DNA from: Leucoraja erinacea
Lineage: Eukaryota
Direction: 5' to 3'
Assembly: GCF_028641065.1 (NCBI RefSeq)
Contig: NC_073380.1
Span: 81,158,001-81,222,000, forward strand
DNA: 64,000 nt
The translations under genes were made by a program, and so were the position numbers. How positions within the stretch are numbered: position 1 is the stretch's first letter; the number at the start of each line of letters is the position of its first letter. The notes under the pieces are model-generated. The model saw only the letters and a list, made by a program, of their open reading frames with translations. It did not search any database and was not told the origin of the DNA. This document shows positions 63,776-64,000 of this stretch, one piece after another.

Positions 63776-63818
63776 CGAGAAAGGAGATAAATAAAATGAC
63801 AGCCACGACCGGCTTCAT
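63776..63818 (-). CDS. TRGV: Leader exon of the distal V, MKPVVAVILFISFL
   Basis: aacATG start, signal-peptide-like sequence, donor G|gtcagt phase 1. Confidence 0.9.
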
Positions 63819-64000
63819 GTTGAGGAGTTGTAGGGTGATGGCGTTCAGCCAGGCGACTAAGATGCTGGCGTTTTGATCTCACAGCCGCCGCCGCTCCAGT
63901 CGAGTACTGACGCGAAAAACGCAGGTGATTAAAATGTGAAGTAAGCACGGAGAATGTTGGAGAGAGTCATAAGTTCATAGTTCACACAAGCTACCGGTTC

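Noticed and set aside
1-64000. CRISPR arrays, rRNA, true tRNA genes, prokaryotic systems
   Set aside because: None seen. The tRNA-like boxes belong to SINEs, and the recurrent short repeats are dispersed PLE termini rather than a repeat-spacer array.

Overview
Vertebrate genomic DNA, almost certainly an elasmobranch (shark/skate/ray), judged from HE1-type V-SINEs and abundant CR1, Rex1/Babar, L1 and Penelope elements; the species cannot be determined here. Two convergent genes are present, and the ORF track largely misses both because they are split by introns. On the + strand are the last six coding exons of STARD3NL (115-11289). On the - strand is the 3' part of a rearranging T-cell receptor gamma (TRG) locus. 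It has two complete V genes (leader, V exon, 23-bp-spacer RSS) at 63316-63818 and 49771-50246, three J segments with 12-bp-spacer RSS (37745, 36623, 36411), no D segment, and one three-exon C gene (Ig C1 33257-33598, hinge 31342-31419, TM/cytoplasmic 29667-29800). All splice phases are compatible, so V-J-C can give an intact chain. The most unusual details are: a divergent J carrying two germline cysteines; a perfect in-frame internal splice donor in the hinge exon that would delete the interchain cysteine; an exact 24-bp duplication inside the C domain; a four-level nested retroelement stack between the two V genes; and hammerhead-ribozyme-like cores in Penelope terminal repeats. Exon and RSS coordinates were read base by base; repeat boundaries are approximate.
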